From Candidatus Magasanikiibacteriota bacterium (lineage in GTDB: Bacteria > Patescibacteriota > Patescibacteriia > Magasanikbacterales > GWA2-37-8): 64,000 nt of DNA. The position numbers and the translations under genes are program-made. The notes beneath the pieces were generated by a model, which saw nothing but the letters and a program-made list of their open reading frames with translations, was not told where the DNA came from and searched no databases. Location of the stretch: assembly GCA_943359595.1 (NCBI GenBank), contig CALRIA010000003.1, positions 3,179 to 67,178 of the forward strand, given 5' to 3'. Below are positions 8,683 to 18,400 of the stretch, piece after piece. How positions within the stretch are numbered: position 1 is the stretch's first letter; every line of letters begins with the position of its first letter.

Positions 8683-9792
8683 ATGGAGGAAAAAAGAAAT
8701 AAAATTCCATCACTACTCAAACAAAAACTAATACATTTTTTTAGCTTTTTTTTGAGTCATATTTCTTTTGTTCAAAAAATATTATTTGTATTTCATTTAC
8801 AAATAATGACTAAAGCCGGTTTATCAATAGTCGCCTCTTTAAAAATATTAAGCGAAGAACTAGAAAATAAACAATTTAAAATCATCATCAAAGAAATTAA
8901 AAGTGAAGTCGAAAAAGGCCGTCAACTAAGTGATGTATTAGCCGAATATCCAAAAGTTTTTCCGCCAATATATGTTACTATGATTGCTGCTGGCGAAGCT
9001 GCTGGTAAAATGGAGGAAGCTCTGACCCAAGTAGCAACTCAGATGAAAAAAAGTCATGAGCTATCTTCACATATTCGTGGTGCAATGATTTATCCAGCTG
9101 TCATACTAGTAGCCATTTTAGGAATATCGATTGAGATGGTCTTTTTTATTTTACCAAAAATTATGGTAATGTTTGAAGATTTTAAATCCGAGCTACCTTT
9201 GGCTACAAAAATTTTAATTACTACGGTAAAATTTACTCAAAATTACGGTATCTATTTATTAATTGGTATTATTTTTTCAATTATTTTATTTTTTTTGGCA
9301 CTCAAAAATATTACATTTAAAAAATCAGTTCATCATTTTACACTTAAACTTCCAATTTTTGGTAATATAATTAAAAAAATAAATCTAGCTCGCTTTACTT
9401 TAACTTTATCCTCCCTACTAGAAAGTACTATTCCAATCGTAGAAGCGGTAAAAATTACCGCTACTGTCCAAACTAACCTAATGTACCATGATAGTTTGAT
9501 GGAAGTCAGCGAAGCGCTCAAACGTGGCGATACTCTTTCCAAAATATTAATGAACTATCCAGAAATTTTTCCACCGATGGTTACTGAAATGATAATGGTG
9601 GGAGAAGAAGCTGGAAAGATGGACGATATGTTGAAAGAATTAGCCGAATATTATGGTAATGAAATTGACTCAACCATGAAAAATTTTTCTGTGATTATTG
9701 AACCGGTAATTATCGTAGTGCTAGGTTTGGTGGTTGCTGGTATTGCCGTGGCTGTAATTATGCCAATGTATTCTTTGGCTCAAAATTTCTAA
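8683..9792 (+). CDS. pilC: Type IV pilus platform protein PilC/GspF family
   Basis: Duplicated GspF-type domains ('EYPKVFPPIYVTMIAAGEAAGKMEEAL' and 'NYPEIFPPMVTEMIMVGEEAGKMDDML') and three TM segments. The start is taken at the ATG after the pilB stop rather than the upstream in-frame ATG at 8611. Confidence 0.85.
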   Translation: MEEKRNKIPSLLKQKLIHFFSFFLSHISFVQKILFVFHLQIMTKAGLSIVASLKILSEELENKQFKIIIKEIKSEVEKGRQLSDVLAEYPKVFPPIYVTMIAAGEAAGKMEEALTQVATQMKKSHELSSHIRGAMIYPAVILVAILGISIEMVFFILPKIMVMFEDFKSELPLATKILITTVKFTQNYGIYLLIGIIFSIILFFLALKNITFKKSVHHFTLKLPIFGNIIKKINLARFTLTLSSLLESTIPIVEAVKITATVQTNLMYHDSLMEVSEALKRGDTLSKILMNYPEIFPPMVTEMIMVGEEAGKMDDMLKELAEYYGNEIDSTMKNFSVIIEPVIIVVLGLVVAGIAVAVIMPMYSLAQNF

Positions 9793-9794
9793 AT

Positions 9795-10874
9795 ATGTTT
9801 AATAATAATCCATTTGAAGGGGCATTTGGCTTGGATATAGGTGACCTATCTTTAAAATTAGTACAATTATCTTCTCCTTCCACCTTCAGTTATGACCATC
9901 GCTACAAAATAGAACACATGACAAGTATTACCTTGCCACCTGGTTATATTGTTAATGGCGAAATCCAACAGCCAGAGATGGTTCGACACAAACTATTGCA
10001 ATTGCTTGGAAAAAGTGGGCATGGAGAAAAAATTAATTCACCGTGGGTAGTGGCTGATCTACCAGAACCAAAAACTTTTCTAACCTCAATAGAAATAGAT
10101 ATACCGCCAGAACAAATTACTCAAGAAGACATTGAATATCAATGCCAAAAACATCTTCCGTTTGATCTACAAGAAGCCTATTTAGATTGGCAAATAATTC
10201 CACTACATGAAAAAACGCGGTTTACCAGAGTTTTAATTGGCGCTACTCCAAAAACCATTGCTGATTCATATACTTATTTATTAGAGAGCGTCGGTCTTCA
10301 ACCGGTTGCTTTGGAGGTAGAATCTCTAGCTATCGCCAGGTCGCTAATTAATGAAGAAAATGTTGCTGGAGCAATTTTAGATATTGGAGCCACCAGATCA
10401 TCTGTAATTATCTATGATGCAGGCGGTGTACGCTTTAGCACTACCATAAATTTTTCTGGAGAAATAATTAATATGGCTCTTATCCAACAATTAAAAATTA
10501 CCTACGATGAGGCCGAAGATTTAAAAATTAAAAATGGAATTAATTATACAAAAGAAAAATCTGACTACCTAAAAATTATAGATGAGCTTATCAATAATTT
10601 GATAATCGAAATTAAAAAAACTATTATCTATTACCATGACCATTATCCTCAAACTACGCCAATTGAACAAGTTGAGCTTTGTGGCGGCATGGCTATGATG
10701 CAGAATTTACTACCAACTTTGGCTCGTCGATTAAAAATAAAATTTAAACTAGGCAATGCTTGGAAAAATATTAAAACTGAAAAACTAACGGATAGTCAAA
10801 AAAATCGTGAACTTACTATGGTTTCAGCAACCGGCTTAGCTCTACGCGCTATGATAAACCCATACAACGATTAA
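9795..10874 (+). CDS. pilM: Type IV pilus assembly protein PilM (actin-like)
   Basis: 'FGLDIGDLSLKLVQL' N-terminus, ASKHA-fold length, position after pilC. Confidence 0.75.
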   Translation: MFNNNPFEGAFGLDIGDLSLKLVQLSSPSTFSYDHRYKIEHMTSITLPPGYIVNGEIQQPEMVRHKLLQLLGKSGHGEKINSPWVVADLPEPKTFLTSIEIDIPPEQITQEDIEYQCQKHLPFDLQEAYLDWQIIPLHEKTRFTRVLIGATPKTIADSYTYLLESVGLQPVALEVESLAIARSLINEENVAGAILDIGATRSSVIIYDAGGVRFSTTINFSGEIINMALIQQLKITYDEAEDLKIKNGINYTKEKSDYLKIIDELINNLIIEIKKTIIYYHDHYPQTTPIEQVELCGGMAMMQNLLPTLARRLKIKFKLGNAWKNIKTEKLTDSQKNRELTMVSATGLALRAMINPYND

Positions 10875-10875
10875 T

Positions 10876-11403
10876 ATGTTACCATCTAAAATTAATATTC
10901 TATCACCTAACAAAAAAAGTCTTTTAGAAAAATTGATTAAATTTATTTTTTTTAAAGAAATGGTAGAAATTATTTTACTAGTAGCGGCCTTTCTATCAGT
11001 CGTTCTATTATGGAGTTGGTTTGCGTTACAAAATCAATTTAATGACTTATCTCAAAGTGCCATGCTCGTAAATAGGGAATATTCTCATTATAACCAAGAA
11101 ATTAGAAAAATAAATACTTTAATTAAACAATTTAATTCAGCCAACAAAAACTACACGCCACTAACAGCAAAAATTTTGGAGCTGATCGAAAAACTACCAA
11201 ATGAAATAAAAATAAATTCATTATCTATTAACCAAAAAACAAATATAATAACTATTTCTGGAATGGCCAAAACTCGCGGTTCATTATTGGACTATCAGGC
11301 AACATTAAAAGATTATTCCTGGCTAAAAACAGTCCAAACTCCAACTTCTCAGTTATTTCAAAAAGAAAATGTTAATTTTGAAATTAAAGCCAGCCAAAAA
11401 TAA
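10876..11403 (+). CDS. pilN: PilN-like pilus assembly protein
   Basis: Single N-terminal TM followed by a coiled-coil/periplasmic region. Gene order pilM-N-O. Confidence 0.6.
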   Translation: MLPSKINILSPNKKSLLEKLIKFIFFKEMVEIILLVAAFLSVVLLWSWFALQNQFNDLSQSAMLVNREYSHYNQEIRKINTLIKQFNSANKNYTPLTAKILELIEKLPNEIKINSLSINQKTNIITISGMAKTRGSLLDYQATLKDYSWLKTVQTPTSQLFQKENVNFEIKASQK

Positions 11404-11407
11404 AAAT

Positions 11408-11947
11408 ATGAAATTAAATACTGAAAAAAGAACTATTATAATACTGACGATTTTTTCGGTCATTACTTTGATTATAATTTTCCAAATAATATTTCCCACT
11501 ATTCGATATATTAAAAATCTAGAACAAGACACCAATAATCTTAGAGAATATTTAGAAAAAAAATACGAAAATACCAAGACAATACGCACCTCAAAGAAAA
11601 AAATTGAAGAAATTAAGTCAACAGTGGCCAAATATCCTGATTATTTATTTTATCATGGTGACGAACTCAAATTAATCACAACTTTAGAAAATATAGCCAC
11701 CAGAAACCAAATAATTCAAAAAATTGATAATTCAAACTTGGATAAGTTGGACGATAAACTCAATCTTTCTCTAACTTTAAATGGTGATTACCAAAATATC
11801 TTAAAGTATTTATCAGCGTTGGAAAAAGAAAATTATTATTTTATCATCACTAATCTACAGCTTTCTTCCGCTTTTAGTCCACAAAATAATAATACCAACG
11901 CTACTATAATGAATTTGGATCTAATACTATATGTCAATCAACACTAA
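11408..11947 (+). CDS. pilO: PilO-like pilus assembly protein
   Basis: N-terminal TM and coiled-coil segment. Start taken at the internal ATG after the pilN stop. Confidence 0.55.
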   Translation: MKLNTEKRTIIILTIFSVITLIIIFQIIFPTIRYIKNLEQDTNNLREYLEKKYENTKTIRTSKKKIEEIKSTVAKYPDYLFYHGDELKLITTLENIATRNQIIQKIDNSNLDKLDDKLNLSLTLNGDYQNILKYLSALEKENYYFIITNLQLSSAFSPQNNNTNATIMNLDLILYVNQH

Positions 11948-12290
11948 ATTTGACCAATTTAAAAAAACCAGGTATCTTAAACCGGCTAACAGATACACCA
12001 TCTGGAAAGTCTTTGGCATGTTAATAGTAGGATTACTTTTAGCCTGCACTATTTTTATATTTTATTTTATCTATCAATATTCTTATTTAACCCTTTCCAA
12101 TGCCAACGCTATCTTGACGCTTAATTCAAGTTTAGGGGTAGAAATAATTGATAGTAAAAATTTTTCTATTTCACAAGATATTATAAATTCGAAAAAAACT
12201 CTACTACCAATTCCAGATAAAATAAGAAATATTTTTTATTATGTCCAAACTACAAGCTCCACACCAACTTCCTCCACAAAAATCAAATAA
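11931..12290 (+). CDS. Hypothetical single-pass membrane protein (possibly pilus-associated)
   Basis: 119 aa with one TM helix and a Ser/Thr-rich C-terminus. Last gene of the pilus cluster. Confidence 0.45.
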   Translation: MSINTKFDQFKKTRYLKPANRYTIWKVFGMLIVGLLLACTIFIFYFIYQYSYLTLSNANAILTLNSSLGVEIIDSKNFSISQDIINSKKTLLPIPDKIRNIFYYVQTTSSTPTSSTKIK

Positions 12291-13419
12291 AAAAAACTTG
12301 CTTTTTATTTTAGGTAGAGAGACTACTTTATCTTTAGCCGAAATTAAAGCATTTTTTATAACAAAAAATATTAATTTTGATATTTTTTATTATAAAGAAA
12401 ATAAGCTTGTATTATCGGTTGAACAAAATATAGATATACCCGAAATGATGAAGCTGTTGGGTGGCACTATAAAAATTTGTGAAGTAGCTGACCAAATACA
12501 AACTCAAAAAGATGAACTAGCCAAATTTTTAAACCAATATATTTCAACTGGTAAAATAGAATTTTCAATAAACGGTTTTACTGCCTTAGGGATAGAAACA
12601 AAAAAAATTCTAAAACAATTAGGCAGATCCGCTCGTTACATTGAATCAAAAAATACAGCCACTGTGATTTTTAATAATCTAGTAAAGGGCGGAGCAGACA
12701 TCGAAATCTGTCACAATCAAGTTTTTATTACCAAAGCTATCCAACCAATCGAAGATTTTTCTAAGCGTGATTTTGGCCGACCGGGGCGTGATGATGAAAG
12801 TGGAATGTTACCACCAAAATTGGCTATGATAATGCTTAATCTAGCAACTCAAAAAAATGAAAGCATTATTTTTGATCCATTTTGTGGATCCGGTACAATT
12901 ATCACTGAAGCAATATTAATGGGTTATAAAAACCTTATCGGCTCAGATATATCTGAGACAGCTATAAGCGATACTATAAAAAATATTGAGTGGATAAAGA
13001 ATACCTTTAAAATTAATGACTCTAATTTAAGGATTAGTATTTTTCAATCCGATATTTTTGATATTACAAAAAAAATAGATAACGATTCAATCGACGCTAT
13101 CGTGGCCGAATCTTATTTGGGCAAACCATTAAGAGGTAGTGAGACAAAGCCAATGATAGAATCACAAGCAATGGAATTAAAAATGTTATATACCAATGCC
13201 TTTGCTAGATTTAAAAAAATATTAAAATCTGGCGGAATTGTAGTATTTATTATTCCACGTTTTCGCTATAAAGAAGATTGGATTAAAATTGAATGTGAAA
13301 ATGAAATACTAAAACATGGTTTTATAAATGATTCAATATTATCTGAAGAAAAACATCTATTATATTGGCGTACAGATCAACATGTTGGCCGAGAAATTTG
13401 GAGATTTAAAAAAATTTAA
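12241..13419 (+). CDS. THUMP-domain RNA (guanine-N2)-methyltransferase family protein (RlmL/TrmN-like)
   Basis: SAM-binding motif I 'FDPFCGSGTIITEAILMGY' with 'DPxCGSGT' is characteristic of THUMP-MTases. An N-terminal domain precedes it. Confidence 0.65.
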   Translation: MSKLQAPHQLPPQKSNKKNLLFILGRETTLSLAEIKAFFITKNINFDIFYYKENKLVLSVEQNIDIPEMMKLLGGTIKICEVADQIQTQKDELAKFLNQYISTGKIEFSINGFTALGIETKKILKQLGRSARYIESKNTATVIFNNLVKGGADIEICHNQVFITKAIQPIEDFSKRDFGRPGRDDESGMLPPKLAMIMLNLATQKNESIIFDPFCGSGTIITEAILMGYKNLIGSDISETAISDTIKNIEWIKNTFKINDSNLRISIFQSDIFDITKKIDNDSIDAIVAESYLGKPLRGSETKPMIESQAMELKMLYTNAFARFKKILKSGGIVVFIIPRFRYKEDWIKIECENEILKHGFINDSILSEEKHLLYWRTDQHVGREIWRFKKI

Positions 13420-13438
13420 TCAGCATATTATCAAAAAT

Positions 13439-13480
13439 AAAACAGCGGGCATAGTTACTATGTCCGCTGTTTTATTTTTT
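13439..13480. terminator. Bidirectional rho-independent terminator between convergent genes
   Basis: 16-bp stem with one G-T pair (aaaacagcgggcatag / ctatgtccgctgtttt), then TTTTTT. Confidence 0.6.
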
Positions 13481-13482
13481 CT

Positions 13483-14556
13483 TTAGGCTATATGAAAATA
13501 TATTACATCCCCATCTTTGACGACGTAATCCTTCCCTTCTAATTTTAATTTTCCACTTGTCTTTATTCCACTCCAACCACCAAATTCTTCAAAGTCTTTC
13601 CAGTTGACGACATCAGCTTTAACAAATCCTTTGACGAAGTCTGTGTGGATTACACCGGCAGCTTCAGGGGCTTTTGCTCCTGTTTTTACAGTCCATGCTC
13701 TGGTTTCCATCTCACCAGAAGTAATAAAAGTAATTAAATTTAAAAGTTTATAACTAGCGAGAACCAATTTATCCAAACCAGTCTGAATTAATCCCAGTGA
13801 TTTTAAATATTCAGTTGATTCTTCTTCGCTCAATTCGGCTAATTCAGCTTCAAGTTTAGCGCTAATTTCAACTTGTTCGCTACCTGGTGGAGCTACAAAT
13901 TTTTTACCACCAGTCATATCTTCATCTACATTTACTACGTACAGCATCGGCTTCATCGTAAGTAGATGAAGCTCTTTCATCATTTCAACTTCTTCTCCGT
14001 CATATTCCAATTCACGTGTTGGCTTACCTTCCTGTAGTTGTTTATTTACTCTTTCTAAAAGTTCTATCTGTTTGGCCACTTCTTTGGCCGCCGTGCCTTT
14101 GGCTCCTTTTTTTACATTTTCCAAACGTTTGCTAACAGTTTGTAAATCAGCCAAAGCTAGTTCTAAATTTATTACTTCGGCGTCATCGGTAGGATTGACT
14201 TGATTGTTTACATGGATAACATTGCTGTCCGAAAATGCCCGTACCACCTGAGCAATGGCGTCCACTTCACGGATATGTGACAAAAATTTATTTCCCAAAC
14301 CCTGGCCCTCAGATGCCCCTTTAACTAAACCGGCAATATCTACAAATTCGATTACTGTCGGAATAATTTTTTTAGATTTGGACGCTATGCTTAATTTTGA
14401 CAAACGCTCATCTGGCACTTCGACTACCCCAACATTTGGATCAATAGTACAAAAAGGATAGTTTTGCGCTTCTGCCTGTTTGCTACGTGTCAAAGCATTA
14501 AATAGAGTAGATTTTCCAACATTGGGTAACCCAACAATTCCGATTGAAAATGACAT
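13483..14556 (-). CDS. ychF: Ribosome-binding ATPase YchF (Obg-family GTPase)
   Basis: 'GIVGLPNVGKSTLFNALT' G1 motif, 357 aa, TGS-like C-terminus. Confidence 0.9.
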   Translation of the reverse strand: MSFSIGIVGLPNVGKSTLFNALTRSKQAEAQNYPFCTIDPNVGVVEVPDERLSKLSIASKSKKIIPTVIEFVDIAGLVKGASEGQGLGNKFLSHIREVDAIAQVVRAFSDSNVIHVNNQVNPTDDAEVINLELALADLQTVSKRLENVKKGAKGTAAKEVAKQIELLERVNKQLQEGKPTRELEYDGEEVEMMKELHLLTMKPMLYVVNVDEDMTGGKKFVAPPGSEQVEISAKLEAELAELSEEESTEYLKSLGLIQTGLDKLVLASYKLLNLITFITSGEMETRAWTVKTGAKAPEAAGVIHTDFVKGFVKADVVNWKDFEEFGGWSGIKTSGKLKLEGKDYVVKDGDVIYFHIA

Positions 14557-14559
14557 AAA

Positions 14560-15234
14560 TTAGTTATTTTTACCGATAATTTTAATAATTATCATTAACT
14601 CATTAAATATCTCTGCTGAAAAATAATTAATTCTGCAAACACCTTTGTAATTTAAGTTTTTAGATTCTTTACCAACTGAACGTGGGTCTATTCTAGCTTT
14701 ATAAAATTTATTTAATGGAATACTAGTTATATTGGACCAAAAATTTTGTAAATCATCAATATTTTGATCTGCTCTACATTGAAGAGTACAACGAAATTTT
14801 GATTCATCAATCTTATAAACAAACCTCAGTGTTTTTAAAAATAAACTAATTATTAACGGATCTGAATTTCCAAAAGTTAAAGAACTTCGCTGTTTTCTAG
14901 TACCCTCTAGATATAGGATTGATAAAATTATTTTAGCGACATCTTTATTTAATAAACAAACAGATAAATGTTTATTATTTTCAAATAATTTATTGTCCCT
15001 ATTATTATTTTTTTCTTTTAATACTTGTAAGGCTGCGACTCGTGCTTTATAAAGATTATTATCTTGTAGATCTTTTAACTTTTTTTTATAACTATCCGGT
15101 ACTTTAATATTTTTACACCAATGTGACAAGGTACTTTTTGGAATAGACATGTTTAAAATAGACTGAATTTCAGCGTAAGTCATGCCTTTTTTACGTAATT
15201 TTATTACTTGATTTTTGTATTGCAAAGACTTCAT
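14560..15234 (-). CDS. Hypothetical protein with N-terminal HTH-like motif
   Basis: 'KKGMTYAEIQSILNMSIPKSTLSHW' looks like an HTH. The longer annotated ORF (to 15342) would overlap tRNA-Ala and its terminator, so an internal ATG start was chosen. Starts at 15264 or 15273 are also possible. Confidence 0.45.
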   Translation of the reverse strand: MKSLQYKNQVIKLRKKGMTYAEIQSILNMSIPKSTLSHWCKNIKVPDSYKKKLKDLQDNNLYKARVAALQVLKEKNNNRDNKLFENNKHLSVCLLNKDVAKIILSILYLEGTRKQRSSLTFGNSDPLIISLFLKTLRFVYKIDESKFRCTLQCRADQNIDDLQNFWSNITSIPLNKFYKARIDPRSVGKESKNLNYKGVCRINYFSAEIFNELMIIIKIIGKNN

Positions 15235-15269
15235 AATACTTATTGTACCATAGAAGCCATACATGTACA

Positions 15270-15296
15270 ACATTAAAACTTCCCCTATTGGGGAAG
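15270..15296 (-). terminator. Hairpin terminator following tRNA-Ala
   Basis: cttcccc-tatt-ggggaag followed by a T-run on the minus strand. Confidence 0.5.
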
Positions 15297-15300
15297 TTTG

Positions 15301-15374
15301 TGGACCGCACAGGACTTGAACCTGCGACCTCTTCGATGCCATCGAAGCGCTCTAGCCAGCTGAGCTAGCGGCCC
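15301..15374 (-). tRNA. tRNA-Ala (anticodon GGC)
   Basis: Manual fold gives acceptor GGGCCGC/GCGGTCC with the G3:U70 Ala identity pair, D-arm GCTC-AGCTGGCTA-GAGC, anticodon loop ATGGCAT, T-arm GCAGG-TTCAAGT-CCTGT. Confidence 0.8.
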
Positions 15375-15428
15375 TTTTATGATGATCATTGTATAATAGA
15401 AGTTTTTTTCTGTCAATCAAATAAAAAA

Positions 15429-18400
15429 CTATTGAGATATTGTAGAAGCTGCTACAGTTTCTACAGGCACAACTACCGGCGAAATTGTTTCTGAACTTGA
15501 TATAGGTAATGGACTAAGAGTTGTTTCTGTATTCGGTGATGAAGTTGATGCTAAAGATTGAGGAGAATTATCAGCAGAACTAAAAGGATTAGAAATGATA
15601 CTACTAGTTACTGTATCATTTGTTGAAGTTGAAACCTGATTATTCGTAATCTGATTATTACCTGTTGAAGTTGCTATTTCTATTATATTCAAACTAGTTG
15701 TTTCATCTTTTCTCTTCGCCACCACTATCCAATCAAATGTCGCGTCACTCTTTCCACCATCTAATTCTTTTACTATAAATCCTTGAGAATTTTTTTCAGC
15801 AACATATATACCTTTGGCCTCTCCTGAAGTTAAAGTAACATTAATTTTTAAGGGTTGGTTAGAATCAACCATATCTTGCATTGTCTGATCAAAGGCTACT
15901 TTTGCCTCACCAGCTATTAACTGTGAAGAACTAGAAAATACAAATTCAGAAGTTGGTGATTGAATAGCAAACATTTCTTTTTCACCTTGAGAAGTATTTA
16001 ATCTAGTAATAAAGTGCCCAGATTCGTCAATTGACCAATGGTTATTTTTACTACTAATTGCCGCAACATTCAATAACATATTACCCTGTAGATTAAGATC
16101 ACCTCCAGAATAAATTAGTTGACCATTATTATTTTCCACATTTAAATTAACGGTACTGGTAGCCCCCAATACGATTCCTTGAGCGGTGGCCAATTGTTGA
16201 ATATTATCTTTAATACTAGAAATCGTTTCATAACGACTATTCACCCAACCAGTACGCACCAAAGCCATTATTTTTCCTTTGTCACCAACAAACGAATCCA
16301 ACGCCACTCCAACTACCCCAACCATGTTATCATTATTATCTTTTTTAGGATCATATTTCATAGCATAACCAGAACTAGAAGCAGTTACCAAAAGATCACC
16401 GCGATTGATAGCACCATTTTCGCCAGATACTTTCAGAGGTACCCGACCAACCATAGCCAATATTGCTGTATATTCAGTTTTACCATTTCCAACCACAATA
16501 GTTGGATTAGTCGAAACAACACCAGCCACTGTTTGTTGATTAGAGCTACCACTACGACGATACGTATCTGGATTTTCTTTATCTACTACTAGTACATCAC
16601 CTGGTTCGACAATATCATCAGCGGCGATATCTACTCGCTCTGCCAAATCTCCTGGATTAGAAGAAGTGCCAAAAACAGCACTGGCAGCATAAATATTTCC
16701 TGAAGCACGCACATCACCATTAGCCATTACTGAAAATCTTGGATCATTATTAGAACGTAGGGAAAGCAAATATTTATCAGTTGAAGTGTCAAAATTTATT
16801 GCATTGAATATAAAAGCATGCGTATCATTGGTTTTAGATTCAAATAAAGCAGTGGCGTTAAATACTAGTTTATTCAAAACACTATTGAACATTGTAAATT
16901 CACCACTTAACGCTAAATTGTACGGAGTAACATCTGAGCCGACACTTAAAGTGGAACTGTCTGTATTTACAGTTAATGATTGATATAGCTGGTTTTGCCA
17001 TCCAAGACTTACAAAGGCTACGATACTTCCTTCGCCACTACCAGAAAAATTTTCCATTGCAATACCAACTATCGGTACCTCACCAACAGCTTTGGCGGCC
17101 ACACCATCAATATTAGATAGGGTGAGTTTGTCTCCAGAATTTATTTCACCATTAATGGAAGAAACTTTTGTTGGCACACGACCAGCCAACGCTACTTTTA
17201 CCACACCCAAATTTTGGTTTGGATTAAACAGATCACCACCACCAAGCAAGAAACCTGGATTTGCAGAAACTATTCCAACTATATGACTACTTTCGCTAGC
17301 TAAACATTTCTTTACACCGGCTATCACAGTTGGGTCAGTACAAACAACATCACCGTCAGTTGGACAGGTGCCATTTGCAGTACACAACATATTTACTGGA
17401 TACGTTTCGGCCAAATCAAGGGTTGTTGTACCGGACACATAAGATGTAGCACGAATAAATCCATTAACACCAATTGCTCCATTGCTAGTTGAACCAGCAT
17501 CGATTAATAATTTATAAGAAAAAGTATTACCACCACCAAAAGACGATGTATTAATCTCAACATTTCCCGAAGAAGAAATACTAAATACACTAGAGTTGGT
17601 ACTAGTAGCGATAGTAAATAATGGAGAGGCGGTGGATGAAACAAATATAGATATTGGACCATTGGAAATGATTCCGCCCGCACCAACACTTAAACTATTG
17701 CGTACAAAAAGGCTATTGCCAATATCAGAATTTTCCCAGACAGTCAGAGCGTTTGTGGATAAATTTCCAATATCAGCGGTGCTAATTTCTGCACCTTCTA
17801 AATCTAAGATTCCAAAACTATCATTGGTATTTCCACTAACATATGCATATTTACCAGCAAAGGCATATCCATGAGCACCGACAGTTGCTGATCCGTGTGC
17901 ATACACACCGACTAATACTGGAGCTGCTTTATTGCTTATATCAACAACTAAAAGATTATTTACCGTACCAACATACGCATATTTGCCAGACACAAAGACA
18001 CCAGAAGAAAATCCGTAACTATTATCAGCTAAACTTCCAACGATAGTCGGTGCGGTAGGATTAGAAACATCAATAATAGAAAGTACATTATCTAGATTAC
18101 CAGTAACATAAGCATAACGACCAGACACATAAACTTTTTCACTGTCACCACCACCTCTAAGTGAGGTTGAAGAGACAAAACCAATTATATTTGGTGAACG
18201 CACATTAGATACATCTACTATTGTCAAAGTGCCAAAAACACTAAGAGATGTGTTATCAATAACATAGGCATATTTGCCAGCTACATAGACACCTTCTGTA
18301 CTATTTAATTTTATTGTACTAGTTACTCTACCAGTAATAATTGGAACGGCAGGATTTTTAACATCAATTATCGTAAGACCACCGCCAGTATAACAGACTA

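Noticed and set aside
14560-15342. LAGLIDADG homing endonuclease for the HTH protein next to tRNA-Ala.
   Set aside because: 'ILYLEGT' does not align acceptably with the LAGLIDADG consensus and no second motif is present. The full-length ORF would overlap the tRNA and its terminator, so the N-terminal 36 aa are probably not translated.
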